From positions 109,461-173,460 of the forward strand of contig JALHMI010000002.1 of NCBI GenBank assembly GCA_022844125.1: a stretch of 64,000 nt of DNA. Direction: 5' to 3'. The stretch's first letter is position 1; each line of letters starts with the position of its first letter. Position numbers and translations under genes: made by a program. Below are positions 49,001 to 58,305 of the stretch, in pieces. The notes below the pieces were generated by a model. That model was not told the origin of the DNA. It saw nothing but the letters and a program-made list of their open reading frames with translations, and ran no database searches. Source of the DNA: Pirellulales bacterium (GTDB taxonomy: Bacteria > Planctomycetota > Planctomycetia > Pirellulales > PALSA-1355).

Positions 49001-49302
49001 GCGTCAATCAACAGGCTCTCGTCTGGCTTGCCTGGGACGACGGCCGGGCCGGTGTCACCGCCCGCCAGCATTGCGGCTCGCGAATCGAGCCGCAGACTAC
49101 CCTTGGACTTCTCGGCGCCGTGGCACTCCGAGCAGCGGGCGATCAAGATCGGCCGCACTTGCTTTTCAAAGAACTCCACGGCCGAGGGGTCGCCGGACGC
49201 GATTTGGGACGGTTCAGGCTCGGCAGCGAACAATACCACTTGCCACGCCACCAGGGCGAACGCAACCGTGCAGCCGCAAGTGAACTTATGATGGAGCATC
49301 AC
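46072..49302 (-). CDS. Planctomycete cytochrome c / DUF1549 / DUF1553 (PSD1) protein
   Basis: CSECH; LLRRVTFDLTGLPPT; YGERWARHWLD; CARCHDHKFD; NRLWHHHFG; PTHPELLD; QALSLMN. Confidence 0.95.
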   Translation of the reverse strand: MMLHHKFTCGCTVAFALVAWQVVLFAAEPEPSQIASGDPSAVEFFEKQVRPILIARCSECHGAEKSKGSLRLDSRAAMLAGGDTGPAVVPGKPDESLLIDAIRYGDLYQMPPDSQLPAEEIQVLEQWVGHGAPWGAEAAESSSPAVKQFDLAARAGHWSFQPLATAAPPDVASSGWVRTSVDRYILAKLESANLQPAPAADRRTLLRRVTFDLTGLPPTPAEIAAFLSDNSPNAYEKVVNRLLNSPHYGERWARHWLDLVRFAETLGHEFDFEVANAYRYRDYIIRALNADLPYNQLVVEHIAGDLLPQPRRHPGDDTNESIIGTGWYFFGEAVHSPVDVRADEAARVDNQIDVFSKAFLGLTVSCARCHDHKFDAISTKDYYALAGYLQSSRYQQASIEPPSFLDQKLIELRVARSEHEQLLTGFVRDELPARLSGVAETLGSLDVAALSEEARTRIDHPLHAWATLTNDSDTVTPEDFSRRRTELVARFAKQQQAAREQIRPVVFAGQGFAAWTRTGEAFQIDQLPTSVWGFAAGGEMPFEVAAAPAAHSGLLSPKLQGELRSPTFEITGPTLWYRVHGNGGRVRLIIDGFQLIRAPIYGGLEFAPAGTEPRWQPQDLSKWVGHRAYIELVDDGDGYLALDAVAFADAMPPAAPNRQIVTMLEDSAIDTPRALATAYQRTLQQCAVLAADITRHNDPDALVLVQWLLRQQEVAPTELVAARTVLAEALIALDDRRRAVDARITPPRRTPAILDGTAENEQVFIRGNHKTLGDEVPRRFLEVLGGADHSPPGSGSGRLELARQLVSPEYPLAPRVIVNRLWHHHFGAGLVRSPDDFGVMGQPPTHPELLDFLAGELIASGWSLKHLHRLMVLSNTYRMSSQVDVASDTADPQNKLWHRMSVRRLEAESIRDALLFVAGQLDDTMYGPGVKPHLTDFMAGRGRPSESGPLDGAGRRSIYLTVRRNFLPPLFLAFDYPTPFTTIGRRGTSNVPAQALSLMNNPLVVQQAGVWADRVLAEPQSTVAGRIRAMYESAFARPPQDDELAAGLAFVAADDRQAWTDYAHVLMNVKEFIYIP

Positions 49303-49395
49303 GACTCCCGCCGAGCGGCGTGTCGGGGAGGGTAAACGCGGCGATGCATATCGCCGCCTAAGCGTCTGGTAGGCAAGGGATTCGCTCGTTCATCG

Positions 49396-49424
49396 AATAT
49401 AGTAACCCGCCGAGAAGCGGTCAA
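49396..49424 (-). promoter_or_regulatory. Sigma70-like promoter for the PSD1-DUF1501 operon
   Basis: Minus strand TTGACC-N17-TATATT about 95 bp upstream of the start. Confidence 0.55.
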
Positions 49425-49483
49425 ACCGGCGCGCTTCCGCCACGATTGTCCTGCGCAGGTCGGCGGGAAGTCAGGGCATGACC

Positions 49484-50947
49484 CTAGAGATACGGCGTAA
49501 AGAGCCGAGCCACGCCGTCGCGAAGCCGAATCGGAACACTTCGGCCGTCCACTTCGGCCAGTGTCACTTCGCGTGCCCGGGCACGTTTCCTGGCGCAGAG
49601 CCGACTGGCATGTTCGGCAAACGGACCGCCGTAACACTCCACGTCGAACTCGAAGTTCAGCCGCAAACTGCGCGGATCCCAATTGCCGGAGCCGAGCAAA
49701 ACCCAGGCGTCATCCACGACCATCAGCTTGGTGTGATCGAATGGCGGCGGAGACATCCACACGCGACAGCCGCGTTCGAGCACCTGCCATAGGGTGGCAG
49801 TCGAGGCCCACTTCACCAGCGTGAGGTTATTTGCCTCGGGCAGAATGATGTTTACCTGAACACCGCGCAGCGCCGCGACGTTCAAGGCGGAGATTAGCGC
49901 GCCTTCCGGCAAAAAGTAGGGAGTCATGATGGCGACACTCTTTTGAGCGCAAGCGAGCGCACCTTCGAGAGTCAGTCGGAGCTTGTCGAGATCGTCATCC
50001 GGTCCAGCCGAGATTCCGCGTGCCAGTACATCGCCGCAGGTTTTCAGTTCAGGAAACCAGATTTCGCTATCCAGCACTTCGTTCGTACAGAAGGCCCAGT
50101 CCGAGACGAATACCTCTTGCATCTGGGCCACGACCGGTCCTTCGATGCGAAAGTGATGATCCTGAATGGGATGGCTAGGAGTGAGGGCGGCGTCGTGCCC
50201 TTCGCGAATATTGAGACCGCCGGTGAAGCCGATCTTCCCATCGACGACCAGAATCTTGCGGTGGTTACGAAGGTTCGCGTACGGCAGCCGTCCTGGGAGG
50301 AAGGTAGGCGAAAAACGCGCGACGGGCACCTTGGCTTTTTCCAAGCGGTGCAAGATCGAGGGGAACGTATAGCGTGCCCCGACGGCATCAATAATCAGCC
50401 GCACCTCGACGCCACGCTCGACAGCCCGTTCCAATGCGTCGGCAAACATTGCACCTGCGCGGTCGTTATCGAAGATGTATGTGGCCATGGCGATCGACTT
50501 CTGCGCGTCGTCGATGGCGGCGAGCATCTGCGGATAGGCCTCTTCACCACCAGTCAGCGGTTCGACGCTGTTGCCTTCCAACAGGGGACGGCCAGTCAGC
50601 TTGCCGATGAGGTGCTGCAGGGTGCCAAGATGCGCCGCTTCCGGAAACTCGACCGCCCGCAGGGGATCCATGGCCTTTTTTTTGGCACGTCCGCCCTTAT
50701 GGTTTCGGTGCAGGCGAAGATTGATCGCCCGTCGCTGGATACGGTTGATTCCGAGAATGCCGTACAGCACGGCGCCGAAGATCGGCACCATCAGCACCAC
50801 GCCAATCCAGCCGATCGCCGCCCGGGTATCTTTCTTGTACATTACCAGGTGCGCGGACGCGGCAACGGCCAGCACGAACGCCGTGACGGCGACCAGGTGC
50901 GGCCACAATTCGCGAACGAATTGGTAGAGGGATTCGATAAATTCCAT
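49484..50947 (-). CDS. cls: Cardiolipin synthase (PLD family)
   Basis: N-terminal TM pair; two HKD motifs RNHRKILVVD and HTKLMVVD; RSLRLNFE. Start MEFIE (50947). Confidence 0.92.
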   Translation of the reverse strand: MEFIESLYQFVRELWPHLVAVTAFVLAVAASAHLVMYKKDTRAAIGWIGVVLMVPIFGAVLYGILGINRIQRRAINLRLHRNHKGGRAKKKAMDPLRAVEFPEAAHLGTLQHLIGKLTGRPLLEGNSVEPLTGGEEAYPQMLAAIDDAQKSIAMATYIFDNDRAGAMFADALERAVERGVEVRLIIDAVGARYTFPSILHRLEKAKVPVARFSPTFLPGRLPYANLRNHRKILVVDGKIGFTGGLNIREGHDAALTPSHPIQDHHFRIEGPVVAQMQEVFVSDWAFCTNEVLDSEIWFPELKTCGDVLARGISAGPDDDLDKLRLTLEGALACAQKSVAIMTPYFLPEGALISALNVAALRGVQVNIILPEANNLTLVKWASTATLWQVLERGCRVWMSPPPFDHTKLMVVDDAWVLLGSGNWDPRSLRLNFEFDVECYGGPFAEHASRLCARKRARAREVTLAEVDGRSVPIRLRDGVARLFTPYL

Positions 50948-51149
50948 CGCTGCGCAAGACGGTGAGCGATCTGATAACAAGCCGGACGGTGGGCGCAATC
51001 GTCCATCAATATATCTTGACGCCGGCTTCGCACGCGGTGGCCCGATTGTGGCCGTTTGGACCGCAACCACGAAGAATCGCGCGACTGCGGGGAAGCACAT
51101 CCGCTAGAGGCGGCACAAGCGGACGGGCTCGGCTCGCGACGATCGAGCG

Positions 51150-52277
51150 CTACACCAATTCGCGGTCGTACATGCGATAGGTCTTGTCGAGGCGGGCACC
51201 CCCCTTTTCCAGGCTGCCGCGCGAGAGCGTGTTCGACTCGAGCACCCAGGAAAACTCCGCTTCGTGCATGCCCCAGGCCTTGATTGGCTCGATCAGTCCG
51301 CCGAGCAGCACAATGCCCAGGCCCCACCGTTGATACTCGGGGACGACATTGATGCTGATCACGCGCATTTTCTTAATCGCATGCTTGTTCGTGATCAGCC
51401 GCAGGAAGCCAAACGGAAACAAGCGGCCGTTGATAGCCTTGACCCGCGGGTTGTAGTCCAACAGGCCGAGACAGGCGCCAATTGGTTGGCCATCGACTTC
51501 GGCCACGAGTGCGAGTTCGGGAGCCATGAGCATTTTTAGTCCCGAGGCGAGCTCCTTTACCTCGGCAGCGGAGAGCGGCGCGAACCCCCAGGTACCGACT
51601 AGCGACGCGTTATACAAACGCAGAAACATTTCGACTTCTTCGCGGAAGTTTCTGCGATCCAATGTCCGAATCTTGACGTTGAACCGCTCTTTAGCCTCGT
51701 TGGCGATGAACCACAGTTTCTGGCTCAGGCCGGAGAGCATGTCGATGTGCCCCCAGAAGGCGTACATGTCCTGAACCTTGGCGAGCCCCCACCCTTCGAC
51801 CAGCTTGCCGTAGTAGGGCTTGTTGTAAGTCATCATGAACGTGGGGGGCGAATGAAAGCCTTCCACGAGCAAACCGCACTCATAATTGAGCGAAGGGTTG
51901 GTGGGACCGCGGAACGACGTCATCCCGCGGTCTTTGACCCAGGCCGCGGCAGCATCGAACAAGGCACTGGCGACCACTTGATCATCGGTCGATTCAAACC
52001 AGCCAAAAAACCCGCGTTTCTCCTCGGCCCGCCGGTTGTGAGCGTTGTTGATGATGGCAGCGATCCGGCCCACGACCTTGCCGTCGCGCGAAGCCAGGAA
52101 GGTCTGGATCGCGCCGTCAGCGTAGAAAGGATGATGCTTGTACCCCAGCAGTTTCTTGTGCTCCATCAGGAGCGGCGGCACCCAGTTCGGATCGCCGGCG
52201 TAGTGCTTCCAGGCGAAATCGATAAACTGCTTCTGCTGGGCGCGCGTGTTGACAGGCTGTACGACGAGATTGGACAT
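51150..52277 (-). CDS. YghO-like tandem GNAT acyltransferase (bacterial ceramide synthase-like)
   Basis: DPNWVPPL, VGRIAAI, GFFGWFE, RGP...S.NYECGLLVEGF, MTYNKPYY, SWVLESN, KTYRMY. Confidence 0.85.
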   Translation of the reverse strand: MSNLVVQPVNTRAQQKQFIDFAWKHYAGDPNWVPPLLMEHKKLLGYKHHPFYADGAIQTFLASRDGKVVGRIAAIINNAHNRRAEEKRGFFGWFESTDDQVVASALFDAAAAWVKDRGMTSFRGPTNPSLNYECGLLVEGFHSPPTFMMTYNKPYYGKLVEGWGLAKVQDMYAFWGHIDMLSGLSQKLWFIANEAKERFNVKIRTLDRRNFREEVEMFLRLYNASLVGTWGFAPLSAAEVKELASGLKMLMAPELALVAEVDGQPIGACLGLLDYNPRVKAINGRLFPFGFLRLITNKHAIKKMRVISINVVPEYQRWGLGIVLLGGLIEPIKAWGMHEAEFSWVLESNTLSRGSLEKGGARLDKTYRMYDRELV

Positions 52278-52575
52278 GCCGGACCGGTGATGGGGCGAGG
52301 AGGGAGAGCCGCAGGGCGATCCGCGGCACGAAGTGGGTCAATCTATCGGTGGGGGAATGAACCGTCAAGTTTTGCCGAATCGCTACAGTGTACGCGCGGC
52401 GACCAGGCTGGCCGCTGACACGACGATTCCATCTTTGCCGACTTGGACGGTTCTTCTCGATAACAATCGGCACGCAGGTGGTCGTTTCTGTTCACCGCTT
52501 CGCAACACCCTGCTAAAATTACAGGTGATAAATGCCGCGAGGCTCATCGCCAGAAACAACAGGAGGATATAGGCC

Positions 52576-52866
52576 ATGACCCTGGACGCGACACAACTCG
52601 GAATTGACCGCACTATGGCGGCCCTCCGCGAATTGCTCGTTGAGCGGTTCGCAGTCGACGGCGTTGTCGAGCCGGAAGACCCCCTGTTTGCCATCGGCGC
52701 TGGCCTGAGCTCACTCGAGGGCATCGAATTCTTGTGCGAGGTCGAAAGGCATTTCGGCATCGACATCAAGGACCTGGAATGGTGGGTCTATGAGACCCCC
52801 ACGCTCTCGGCGGTCGCCCGGTATGTCATCGATCTCTCCATTGAACAGCGACAACACGCAAGCTAA
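52576..52866 (+). CDS. Acyl carrier protein-like
   Basis: AGGAGG RBS; GLSSLEGIEFLCEVERHFGIDI (phosphopantetheine Ser motif, SSL rather than DSL). Confidence 0.75.
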   Translation: MTLDATQLGIDRTMAALRELLVERFAVDGVVEPEDPLFAIGAGLSSLEGIEFLCEVERHFGIDIKDLEWWVYETPTLSAVARYVIDLSIEQRQHAS

Positions 52867-52891
52867 GTCGGCGTGTGGCTGTCCACCTCCG

Positions 52892-52927
52892 AAAAGAAGA
52901 AGCCCAGGAAAGAATTTCCCGGGCTTT
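52892..52927. terminator. Probable bidirectional intrinsic terminator
   Basis: AAGCCCAGGAAA-GAA-TTTCCCGGGCTT hairpin with A-tract before and T-tract after, between convergent genes. Confidence 0.7.
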
Positions 52928-52960
52928 AGGGTTTGCGACGGCGTTCGGCACTACCAGAGG

Positions 52961-54484
52961 CTACTGGGCCAGGGCGGCGTCGCCGATGGCCGGCACCGCG
53001 GCAGGCCCTTCACTGACAGATGTGGGGGCGGACTCAGGCTCGGCGGCAAGCTGAGCATCGTTCCGCTTGTCCATTGTGCGGAGCACAGCCCGCAGTTCCG
53101 TTGGATCCATATGGCGGAGATTGCCGAGTTGAATCAGCGGCTGCAGGCTTCGCATGGCGTTGGTAAGTACCGGCTCGAAGGCGACCACTTCGACGATCCA
53201 GGAGCGCATCTTGCTAAAGGTATGCGCCATTTGCTGGAGTTGCTGCTGCACGTCAGCCATCGCTTGCAAGCTCTCGATTGACGTGGCGACGTCCGAGGTC
53301 TGGCTGATTGCCAGGTCCTTCAGGTCGACGAGCTGCGCCACACGCTGCTGCGCGAGTTCGATCCCGTCAACTTGATCGTCGAGTCGGCTGCGAATCGAGA
53401 TCAAGCCTTCCAGAGCCTTGTCTGCTTCAGCGTTGTTGGCGCCGCGGCAGAGCAGGTTGTCGCTTAGGGCGAGCAGGGCGTTCGCGTTGTCGCGAGCTTC
53501 GCACACTTCGATCGACGATGCAGCCAGATTCCGCTGAATCGAAGTCAACGTCTTCAGCACAGTCTGAGCGTCAGCCACGTCGTTGCCATTGTTGGCCAAG
53601 CCGTTTTTCAGTCGCACGAGTTGACCGAGGACTTCGAATGCGTAGGGCAATTGGGGGTGCTGTTCCCAGACGATGTCCTTCATGTCGACCAGGGCGTTCA
53701 GGCTGTCCTGAGCCGAGCGGTTGGTCCGATGCTCAACGATCAACCGATTGCGGATCGCGTCGATCTCGTCCAGGCACGTTCCAGCCGCTTCGGTGTTCAT
53801 CTCGTTGGCGAGCAGTCGATCGCGCAGCTGGTCGAGGGAATCCATCGCACGGTGGCTTTCGTCGGTCGCGTAGTTGCTGGCGACCAGGCGCCCCTCCAGG
53901 ACGTCGATGGCGTCGAGAGCATCGGATGCGCGACGAGTCTCGGCGCTCTTGGCGAGCAGCCGGCTCTGGAGGGCGTCGAGCTTCTCAAGCACCTCCAGGG
54001 CTCGCTCGGCCTGAGCCGTCTGAGCGTTCAAGCGCTCGTGTACCGAGGCGATGCCGTCCAACGACTCGACGGCCTGCTCATTGAGCTGGCTCTGGCGTGC
54101 CAGCTCGGAGAGTAACGAGTTGGTGGCGGCAACTTTGTCTCGCTCGGCAGTCAGCCGCTCGACGCTGGTGGACAAAGTCTTGACTTCTCCTCGGAGCCGG
54201 CCGAATTCCCGGTTCATAGGTTTGACGACTGCCAAGTGGGCGGTACCCAGCGTGACGACCCCGATGGCGCCCACGACGAACCAACCGCTCAAAGTTAAGC
54301 CCAAAAAAGAGCGGGGGGCAGCCGCTTCTCCGGGATTCGATGTGCGATGAGTGTCTTGCAAGAGAGTGACCTCGCCTCTGACGGTAAAGTTAGCGGAACA
54401 GCCTTCTGCTACCGTATCGGACTGGGCACCGCGACCCATCAACCTTTTCCAAGCTCCGCAGTCCAACACAAAAACCCAAGACAA
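52961..54484 (-). CDS. Membrane-anchored long coiled-coil protein with 24-residue repeats
   Basis: One TM helix (WFVVGAIGVVTLG) then about 12 gap-free 24-aa helical repeats. The true start is probably downstream of 54484. Confidence 0.8.
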   Translation of the reverse strand: MSWVFVLDCGAWKRLMGRGAQSDTVAEGCSANFTVRGEVTLLQDTHRTSNPGEAAAPRSFLGLTLSGWFVVGAIGVVTLGTAHLAVVKPMNREFGRLRGEVKTLSTSVERLTAERDKVAATNSLLSELARQSQLNEQAVESLDGIASVHERLNAQTAQAERALEVLEKLDALQSRLLAKSAETRRASDALDAIDVLEGRLVASNYATDESHRAMDSLDQLRDRLLANEMNTEAAGTCLDEIDAIRNRLIVEHRTNRSAQDSLNALVDMKDIVWEQHPQLPYAFEVLGQLVRLKNGLANNGNDVADAQTVLKTLTSIQRNLAASSIEVCEARDNANALLALSDNLLCRGANNAEADKALEGLISIRSRLDDQVDGIELAQQRVAQLVDLKDLAISQTSDVATSIESLQAMADVQQQLQQMAHTFSKMRSWIVEVVAFEPVLTNAMRSLQPLIQLGNLRHMDPTELRAVLRTMDKRNDAQLAAEPESAPTSVSEGPAAVPAIGDAALAQ

Positions 54485-54598
54485 CCGTTCTTAAGCGCAC
54501 GCTTTAACAGTCCCGACTCTGCGTTTGCCGGGTGAATAGGCCGCGAATGAAACTGCGAACTTGCCTTTGCAGCGCCCCCAATTTGTCAGGAAACCGCC

Positions 54599-55177
54599 AG
54601 GCACGCCCAACTCACTCTGGCCCTAGCCTTGCTGGGAACCATACAACCCGCTGAGCATCCAGCCCCGCGTGAAGCCGCGTCCGAAGAATCGCTGGAGTTG
54701 CGCTCCGCGCGGGCGCGCTTGGAACTGGCCCGGGCGAGCCTGTCGCGCGTGGAGCAGATGAACAAGAAGCTCGACCGGACGGTGCCGGGGAGCGTGGTGG
54801 CCGACTTTCGCGATGCGGTTGCCACGGCAGAATTGCAGTTCAAGCAAGCCGCCAAGGAAGCACCCCAGGACGAACTGGCCATCTGGCTCCGCCGCGCGGA
54901 GAGCGCCTATCGCTCGGCGCGTAACCGCTGGCAAACCGCCCTGGCGGCAAATCGACAGGTAAAAGACACGATTCCAGCACTCGACGTTGACCGGTTTCGC
55001 CTGCGGACGGAGGTCGCGCGACTGCAACTCGCGCGGGGCAAGCACCTGGCCGGGGCGACGCGCGAAGCGCAGCTCGCCTGGCAGGTTGAGATACTCAATA
55101 ACGAAATTGAACTGCTCAAGGAGGAAACGAGCCGGGTCGCGCCGTTTGTGCGCTATTACCCGATCTGGCTCTACTGA
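54599..55177 (+). CDS. Hypothetical exported helical protein (start codon uncertain)
   Basis: ORF 54629-55177. The in-frame upstream HAQLTLALALLG looks like a signal peptide; amphipathic helices follow. Confidence 0.6.
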   Translation, partial: RHAQLTLALALLGTIQPAEHPAPREAASEESLELRSARARLELARASLSRVEQMNKKLDRTVPGSVVADFRDAVATAELQFKQAAKEAPQDELAIWLRRAESAYRSARNRWQTALAANRQVKDTIPALDVDRFRLRTEVARLQLARGKHLAGATREAQLAWQVEILNNEIELLKEETSRVAPFVRYYPIWLY

Positions 55178-56289
55178 ACCGCTGGCAGCGCGGCCAGATC
55201 TTTCGGCGGCTCAATTTGCAGTACGTCCTCGCCACCGGCGATCGGAATAACCGTGGGCCCTGTCGCGTCCGCGTCAAAGCTGTTCAGGTCGACCATCCGC
55301 ACGCGGCGATTGTCGTGCGTGTGAAAGTAGTACCGCCGCGCAGTCAGGTCAGCGGCACCCGTCCACTGCGTGCGTTCCAGCGGATCGCGCGAGCCGGCTG
55401 CAGGACGAACGGAACCCTCGGGAATGTCGAAGGAATCGAGCACGTGGAACGCCTGACCAACGGCGTCCGCCCCGGAAGCGCCGGATTCAGCGCTCTGGCT
55501 GAGCGCCACGGCCCGGACGAAACGCGACGGGGGCGTAAAGTCTCCCGGCATTCCGCGCAAGCCACTCCCCTGCCCCAGTTGCGCGAACTCGACTCCGCGT
55601 AAGTCGACCGGCGGCACATTCGTCGCCGTGAGATTGATGTAGTTGCGCAGATTGGTCACGTGCCAGTCGAACGACGGCGAGTTCGTAACCACTCCCAGCG
55701 GGTTGTTGTAGGTCTTCAGTTGGCCATCGACATACTCGATGACAAGCGAGTGGCCGGCCTTGTCGTGTGCGACGTAGTGCACCGGGGGAATGCCGAGCTG
55801 GGCATTCAGCGGCACCGCCGCCACGCGAACATCAACCAATGCGGCGCGAATCTCGTCAACGGTACCAAAGTTGGTGAGCATCCAGGTGATCAACTCCCAG
55901 GGAGCCAGTGCGCGGCCTTCCTCGTCAGGAGTTGTCGCCTGATATCCGGCATAGCCGGGGAAGTAAAAGATGCCAGCGGCCAGACCGACTTCATTGACAC
56001 CGTCAACGAAGACTTCTTTGCCGAGGCCGTTGAGGCCGACCGCGGCGTATTTGCTCTTCCATGTGAGTCCGGGGCGACCGCTGGCGGTTGTGCCGAAAAA
56101 CTCGGACTGGCGCGGCACAAACAGGATCTCGGAACTCAAAGGTGATCCAAACTCCAAAGTGCGGGCATAAATGATCGAGCCGTCGGCGGCGGTGATTCGG
56201 ATGCCGGTGCAGGCCGTAGCGATGCTCGCCGTGAGAGCCAGGGCCGCAAGTCCAGAGGCGATCGCCAAGAGGCGTAGTGGGCTGATCAT
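55171..56289 (-). CDS. Exported linear amide C-N hydrolase (penicillin V acylase/choloylglycine hydrolase family)
   Basis: Signal peptide ending ATA directly before nucleophile CTG; ARTLEF, DGVNEVGL, TNSPSFDWH, PGDFTPPSRFVRA. Confidence 0.92.
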   Translation of the reverse strand: MISPLRLLAIASGLAALALTASIATACTGIRITAADGSIIYARTLEFGSPLSSEILFVPRQSEFFGTTASGRPGLTWKSKYAAVGLNGLGKEVFVDGVNEVGLAAGIFYFPGYAGYQATTPDEEGRALAPWELITWMLTNFGTVDEIRAALVDVRVAAVPLNAQLGIPPVHYVAHDKAGHSLVIEYVDGQLKTYNNPLGVVTNSPSFDWHVTNLRNYINLTATNVPPVDLRGVEFAQLGQGSGLRGMPGDFTPPSRFVRAVALSQSAESGASGADAVGQAFHVLDSFDIPEGSVRPAAGSRDPLERTQWTGAADLTARRYYFHTHDNRRVRMVDLNSFDADATGPTVIPIAGGEDVLQIEPPKDLAALPAVQ

Positions 56290-56532
56290 GTAGTCGCTCC
56301 GTGGTGTGCCGCTACGATGTCGGTCTCGGGGCAGAGCCCGAGATCCACGAAAAGCGTAGGTTGCAGAGCACCGCCCAGGCGATCGCGGCCTACACGGCCC
56401 GGGTACTAACGTTGTTCGACCGGTATAATCGGTGCATCCACACGCAGAGGTCGTTTGAGCCCGACCGGCCTCGCAAGCGTATATAGTAGTGCCTGTTTCC
56501 AGCGGAACGTTTCAAATCACCGAGGTTTTCGA

Positions 56533-58305
56533 ATGACTCGCATCGGATTGCTGCTGGCGGTACTCGCCTGCTGTCCCGCTATCGTTCACGCGGCCGAGAA
56601 CCCGGCGGCCAAGGAGCAACTCGATGCGCTCTTTAAGGAAAGCTGGGAATTCACGCTTGCGGAAGATCCCCTGTTCGCCACCCATGCCGGCGATAATCGC
56701 TATAACGACCGGCTGCCGCGCGAAACGCTGGCCGACGCGGAGCGGCGAATCGCCAAAGAGCGCGACTTCCTCAAGCGACTCGAGGCCATTCCTCGCAGCG
56801 AACTCAACCGCGCCGACCAGGTGAACTACGACATCTTCGCCCGCGGCAAGCGAGATTCGATCGCAGAGTTTGAGTTCCGCGGCCCCCTGATGCCGATCAC
56901 CAATCGCTCGGGTTTCCACGTTACGTTTCCCGAGCTGCCGCTGCACATGCCGTTGGCGACCACGCAGGACTATGAGAACTATGTCGCACGACTGAAGGCC
57001 TTCGACCAGTTCAGCGCGGATCATATCGAGCTAATGCGAGAAGGGATTAAGCAGGGTTTCACGCTGCCGAGCGTGGTTCTCACGGACATGGACGAGGTGC
57101 TCGCACCGCATATCGTCGATGACCCAACGAAGAGCCTGCTGTACAAGCCATTCACGCAATTTCCAGAGAGTATGAGCCAAACCGACCGCGAACGGCTTGC
57201 AGCGGCGGGCCGTCAGGCCATCGCGGAGCATGTCGTGCCCGGCTACCGCACGCTGCTCGAGTTCATGCAAAAGGAGTACCTGCCGGCCTGTCGCGAGCAG
57301 ATCGGTGCTTCGTCCCTCCCCAACGGCCGTGAGTACTACCGCTATCGTGTCCGGCACTTCACTACACTGGACATCGATCCACAAACGGTTCACGACATTG
57401 GCCTGGCCGAAGTGAAGCGCATCAAAGCCGAGATGCAGGAGATCCTCAACAAGGTTGACTTCAAAGGCGATCTGCCGGCGTTCGTTGAGTACTTGCGCTC
57501 CGATCCTAAGTTCTATGCCGAGACGCCCGAGCAGTTGCTCAAAGAGACGAGCCTGGTTCTCAAGAAGATAGATGGTGAATTGCCCAAGCTGTTTGGCAAG
57601 CTGCCGCGCACACCGTACGGCATTCGCGAGATACCGGCCTTCATCGCGCCACGGACGACGACGGCGTACTATCAGCCGCCGGCGGGGGACGGCAGCCGGG
57701 CGGGCTTCTACTATGTGAATACGTACAACCTCAAGAGCCGGCCGCTGTTTGAAATTGAGGCCCTGTCGCTGCATGAAGCGGTTCCCGGCCATCACTTACA
57801 GATCGCCTTGCAGCAGGAGCTCGTCGACTTGCCGGACTTCCGGCGCTTCGCACACGCGACGGCCTTCGTCGAAGGTTGGGGGCTGTACTCCGAACGCTTG
57901 GGGCTCGAGGTCGGCTTCTATCAGGATCCCTATCGCGATTTCGGTCGCCTCAGCTACGAAATGTGGCGAGCTTGCCGGCTCGTCGTTGATACGGGCATGC
58001 ATTACCTGGGCTGGACCCGGCAGCAGGCAATCGAGTTCATGGCTGCCAATACGGCCCTTTCTCTCCACAACATCACCGCCGAGGTGGATCGCTATATCGC
58101 CTGGCCAGGGCAAGCCACTGCCTACAAGATGGGCGAACTGAAGATTCGCGCCCTCCGCAAAGAGGCGGAAACGCAGCTCGGCGAAAGGTTCGACGTCCGC
58201 GAGTTTCACGACGTGGTGCTTGCCGGTGGCGCGATTCCGCTCGACGTTCTGGAAGCGAACGTGATGGCTTACATTGACGCCAAGCGAGAAGCACCGGCTA
58301 ACTGA
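56533..58305 (+). CDS. DUF885 family protein
   Basis: Signal peptide from MTRIG; HEAVPGHHLQ, FVEGWGLYSE, RLVVDTGMH, EVDRY..WPGQA..YK.G. Confidence 0.93.
   Translation: MTRIGLLLAVLACCPAIVHAAENPAAKEQLDALFKESWEFTLAEDPLFATHAGDNRYNDRLPRETLADAERRIAKERDFLKRLEAIPRSELNRADQVNYDIFARGKRDSIAEFEFRGPLMPITNRSGFHVTFPELPLHMPLATTQDYENYVARLKAFDQFSADHIELMREGIKQGFTLPSVVLTDMDEVLAPHIVDDPTKSLLYKPFTQFPESMSQTDRERLAAAGRQAIAEHVVPGYRTLLEFMQKEYLPACREQIGASSLPNGREYYRYRVRHFTTLDIDPQTVHDIGLAEVKRIKAEMQEILNKVDFKGDLPAFVEYLRSDPKFYAETPEQLLKETSLVLKKIDGELPKLFGKLPRTPYGIREIPAFIAPRTTTAYYQPPAGDGSRAGFYYVNTYNLKSRPLFEIEALSLHEAVPGHHLQIALQQELVDLPDFRRFAHATAFVEGWGLYSERLGLEVGFYQDPYRDFGRLSYEMWRACRLVVDTGMHYLGWTRQQAIEFMAANTALSLHNITAEVDRYIAWPGQATAYKMGELKIRALRKEAETQLGERFDVREFHDVVLAGGAIPLDVLEANVMAYIDAKREAPAN

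Noticed and set aside
44612-49302. PSD1/DUF1553 + DUF1501 pair as a novel system
   Set aside because: A well-known, highly paralogous planctomycete gene pair; nothing exceptional here.
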